DNA of 36,624 nucleotides from Perkinsus olseni (Eukaryota): NCBI GenBank assembly GCA_013115125.1, contig JABANN010000348.1, positions 1 to 36,624 of the forward strand, read 5' to 3'. Shown piece by piece: positions 32,900 to 36,624 of this stretch (position 1 is its first letter; each line of letters starts with the position of its first letter). The notes under the pieces were generated by a model. It saw only the letters and a program-made list of their open reading frames with translations, ran no database searches and was not told where the DNA came from. The position numbers and the translations under genes were made by a program.

Positions 32900-33610
32900 A
32901 ACAGGCGAATATCCCGAGCAGAGCGTAAGATCCCATCTCCAAGTTACTTGTAAGCAAGTTCATAAGTTTGCTATTCTTGGTGAGAGATTGTAAATAACTT
33001 TCAGTGAGAATTCCTGCTCGAGACCGGATGCTGAGTAGAGTGTGTCTAAGTCTACCACACAGAAAGTGGCTATAGTCACAGGCCATAGAGCAGGGGCCTC
33101 GGGGCCCTTCGAAGTAGAATGCGTTTTGCAGAAAAAGAGAAGAATTCCATCTCCTGCATCGAATATTCAATCAATATAAAACCATAATACAGTAGACCAA
33201 ACCAGTTGAGACTTCTGTAGTCTACGGTGATTACGGGTATTTCCCATTCTCGGCCTCCTCCAGAACGAGCGTGTAGGTTTCCCCTTCCGTACCGCATCCA
33301 AGAGCTGCGCCACAGCTTGTTCCTGAGAACAAAAGCGAGAATAAAAAGATGCCCACTAAAGTGGAAGAACAACTTGTTCCGAACAAGGAGGATACAGCAT
33401 CATTCCATAGTAAGTGAGGCTTCAGGTCAAGAGATCGCACGAGAAATTCTCGTCGAGAATGTGAATCGGAAGGAATCCATTTGAAAAAAAATGGCTCAGA
33501 AATGCAACAAAGCGTCAATATCAAATTAGGAACAAAGATTCAGGTCAAGATTAAGCAAAGCAATGCTTTGAAAGCATGTAGAAAACCCCACATTATCCAT
33601 GAAAGCCATG
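32900..33610 (+). mobile_element. Possible LTR-retrotransposon integrase relic
   Basis: Broken frames give YPEQSVRS.., IFNQ...GYFPF, a charged helix EIAREILVENVNRKE, and NIKLGTKIQVKIKQSNALKACRKPHII, in the order expected for a Ty3/Gypsy integrase core followed by the GPY/F region. Heavily decayed. Confidence 0.3.
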
Positions 33611-34880
33611 CACGGCCGAGCTGATTTCATGCCATCCCCCGAGCCATTCAACGAGCGGGGCTTAATACAGGGTAGTGCTTACTGTCCACTGTGTTTCCTG
33701 CCCTCTGCCCCCAGGGACGATCCCCGACGATTCACCACTCGGCTCGTCGAGCGTCCTGAAGGGAGCCGAATCACGAGCTGAGGGTTAGAACAGCGGCTCG
33801 AATATGAGAGGCGCGTGACACTATTCTCCCATCCACATCGATTCGTCGATTCCACGAACCCCACCCCATTACCCGTTCATTGACTCCCATTCAGCCAGGG
33901 CAAACGCAGTCAGAATCCTGAGGGGCAACCTCGGGAAGCACCTCCTCGCTTCTCGGAGGAACTGCCACGCGAACCTGGTCGGAGCGGCCGCAAAGTCAGA
34001 AGCTTCCTGAGAGATGGGAAAGTTTTTCTCATGCCAGCGATGGAGTATCGAAAGTCCAAGTCAGAAAAAACCGCGAATGATGATCTCGGCTTGATAATCG
34101 CGGATGATGATCGCGGCTTTGTAACCGCGAACCAGCGTCGCTAGTTCAGCAAATGATCCGTCCAAAGTGTCTTTAGTCTTACAAAAACTGAGCGCTAAGC
34201 CGCTTAGGCTAAGCCATAAACTGTATAATACGCTCTATGTATTACGTAGAGCGCGCCTAGGCATACTGTTACAGTATTACTATAAGCCGACACGAAACTC
34301 CGTTGTGTGTCGCACACATGAGAGCTTCATGTTATTAGAATAAGGGGTCATTTCGGAATTATCAATTCAGTTTCGGATACAACCTGAGCCTTCTCGTATT
34401 ATTCATCAGCCCACCCGTACCTGGTCGGACAGGGCCGGTCCTACGTCGAGAAGTGAAGCTTGACACCATCGTACTTGAAGGAAACACTGCAGACGGGCTG
34501 TAGTATGTATACCCGCTGATCAATTGACAACTCGTAAACAGTGAGTACAACAATCATCGCAGCATTTGGTAGTCGTATCGCATGGCTCCTAGATTGCCAA
34601 ATACTGGGAGTATCAGACCGGCACTACCGGTAGTAGTGGCTGGCTAATGATCAGCAGAGCTTCCTCATAGCCCGATCCCTCCAGGGTGGAATAGGGTTTG
34701 AATTCCCTATTCCTCATTCCTCCATCTACCCTCCTAATAACCCGAACTTACTATGAGCCATACTATCTCGGTAAGCTCATTCGGTAAGCGAGCATTGCTT
34801 TCGAAGCCACGGGTCCCTGCTGTAACAGTAGATTGTACGACATACGTTACCAGGGGCCGTAACTATGGACGGCATTCAAG

Positions 34881-34935
34881 TTGAGAACGAATGGAAACAC
34901 GTTGAATTATTCAACGTGTTTCCATTCGTTCTCAA
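34881..34935. repeat. Perfect palindrome, 27-bp arms, 1-nt centre
   Basis: TTGAGAACGAATGGAAACACGTTGAAT-T-ATTCAACGTGTTTCCATTCGTTCTCAA. Confidence 0.97.
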
Positions 34936-35990
34936 GAGGCCACTGAAGTGACTCAAGCGTCTGAAATGCAGCCGTGCTAATACTCACTCAGACGCGCGAC
35001 CAATACAATTCCGTAGAACCACCGAGAGTAGCCTACTAGTGTAACCCCATCTTACTGTCATCGTGAGTAGGCACGCTGCCTTCCACGATGATGAAAAAAC
35101 CTACAGAAGGATGTCTGCTCTAACTTCACCGTTTCATGATGTAACTTGCATCTCCCGATAAATTTATGGCTCAACGAGTTTGATAAAGTATTAGTGGTAA
35201 CATCTCGAGTCACTCAAAAAGAATCTGGAGCACTGGGTTCGGCTTCCTAGCAGAAGCACGGAGATCAAACATTCTTGGAAGATATGATGTGAATTCAGTG
35301 AAGCTGTATGAGGCACACTAGTTGTGGCACGACTGCCGTGAGAGCATTCTCAATCAATCGTAAATGCCCTCAACACCAAGAACGGCGCTCTTAGAACGGA
35401 TGATGATGAATCATGGGGACTCCCGGAGTCCCCATTGGGGACGTTCAGCATAACGCTTTTTGAAGAATTGGGTAGGGTCCAATGGCCGCGGAGAATTGTA
35501 TCGTCTATGTGTTGTCATCTACACATGACCAATTGTCATTGACCATAGCAGGCGATGCCTGTCCGATACGTATGGGGACGTACCTAAAGCAAGGCCATAC
35601 ACGGCACGACAGACCTGTCAGACCCCTTTTGTCCTCACTGGTCACAGAAACTCAACTCCCCTTCCGCTTCCAGCGCTTAGCTTTCTCGGTCCGCCCCAAA
35701 AATAGCTCAGTCTTTCTGAAGTATCACCTGATATCAACTTAATTACTGCATTTCGGCCTTCGTTATCGCATTGCTCTGCGCCAAACTCTGAAGCACAACA
35801 ATGCGATAACGAGGAAAACTGAAGTTCAGAGTGACGATGCGATCTTCCAGCATGGTCTGGTGATTCGATTTGTCCATGGCGGCTGTCGGTCGAGGCCCTC
35901 GACTCGACTCGAGGGCACTTTCACCACCTCGAGCTACTCAACAGTCTCACTGAGTGCTACAGTACACCCTGCCGGTTTGACTACGAATAT

Positions 35991-36094
35991 TGACTGAAGA
36001 CAATACTGTATTCCTACAATAGGAATACAGTACTGTCTTCTGTAATAGGATATAATAGGAATCCTATTACTGTCGCTACCAAAATATACAGTCA
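35991..36094. repeat. Nested hairpin cluster (MITE-like)
   Basis: 21-bp stem with 1 mismatch and CAA loop (35996-36040), second stem GTAATAGGAT/ATCCTATTAC (36042-36070), outer TGACTG/CAGTCA. The motif TAGGA is reiterated. Confidence 0.7.
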
Positions 36095-36361
36095 GTTGTG
36101 GGAATTGTACTATTCACGACAAGCATTGCGACCGCAATTTCTGCGTGCTCCACCCTGCTCCTTCACGAGTGGCGTCAGCTCGACACAAAAGCTTTGTAGT
36201 GTGATCCACTATTGCAGGGCACACAGCCGGTCCTTAGTATCAACGAGGTCGTTAGCACCACCCAGTCAGCGATGGCCTTTCGTCCCACAGAGAGTTGATA
36301 ACGAGACGTGTGGCACTTCAATGACTTGAGAATCTCAAGTTGAGATTGACGGAACACGAAA

Positions 36362-36529
36362 TCACGAGTCTTCCTCTTTGGCTGAGTCAGCCCTGTTCCG
36401 CCTCAGGAGACATTCTCTTCCAATTCTCTCTGTATTCTGCTTCTGTTCCATTCTCTTAGCCCGTCTCTTCTCCGATTCCTCAATATCCTTTTCAATACGC
36501 TCTTTTCTCTTTGGATGATACTCCAGATC
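36362..36529 (-). CDS. Probable terminal exon of a gene that extends beyond the window
   Basis: Acceptor ttcacag, then DLEYHPKRKERIEKDIEESEKRRAKRMEQKQ...AKEEDS* (56 codons, charged helix). Confidence 0.55.
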   Translation of the reverse strand, partial: DLEYHPKRKERIEKDIEESEKRRAKRMEQKQNTERIGRECLLRRNRADSAKEEDS

Positions 36530-36555
36530 CTGTGAAGAACACAGTGATCATGCAG

Positions 36556-36556
36556 C

Positions 36557-36624
<68 letters not shown>
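36556..36624 (+). repeat. (CAA)23 microsatellite, running off the window end
   Basis: Pure CAA run; probably intronic (GTT)n of the minus-strand gene. Confidence 0.97.

Noticed and set aside
36403-36624. Poly-Leu ORF
   Set aside because: Translation of the (CAA)n microsatellite.
1-36624. CRISPR arrays, rRNA, operons or prokaryotic defence systems
   Set aside because: No repeat-spacer periodicity or rRNA motifs; the DNA is intron-rich eukaryotic sequence.

Overview
Eukaryotic genomic DNA of about 50% GC with many short (mostly 40-60 nt) GT-AG and occasional GC-AG introns. Gene style and content suggest an alveolate of the Perkinsus type (inference). Manual splicing supports these genes: an unassigned multi-exon gene (~0.25-3.9 kb); a Cys-patterned secreted protein; a long RAP-domain protein; a phosducin-like PhLP2; a PAP2 dolichyl-diphosphatase; a protein that apparently fuses an AbfB/CBM42-like beta-trefoil to an AlkB-type 2OG-Fe(II) dioxygenase; an intronless SLC35F-type transporter; a TMBIM/Bax-inhibitor protein; and a very long coiled-coil protein. 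There is a decayed hAT transposase at ~17.5-18.9 kb. The last ~7 kb is a transposon graveyard (MULE, hAT and LTR-integrase relics) with an assembly gap. Two patterns are not explained by these genes. (1) Six isolated tRNA 3'-half/B-box elements, all inside spliceosomal introns of five different protein genes, most with a correctly spaced acceptor strand and discriminator, and several with an oligo-T run. (2) A strong excess of palindromes with exactly one unpaired central base (15 with arms of 8 bp or more, three with 27-32 bp arms). All exon models were made by eye and need RNA-seq confirmation.
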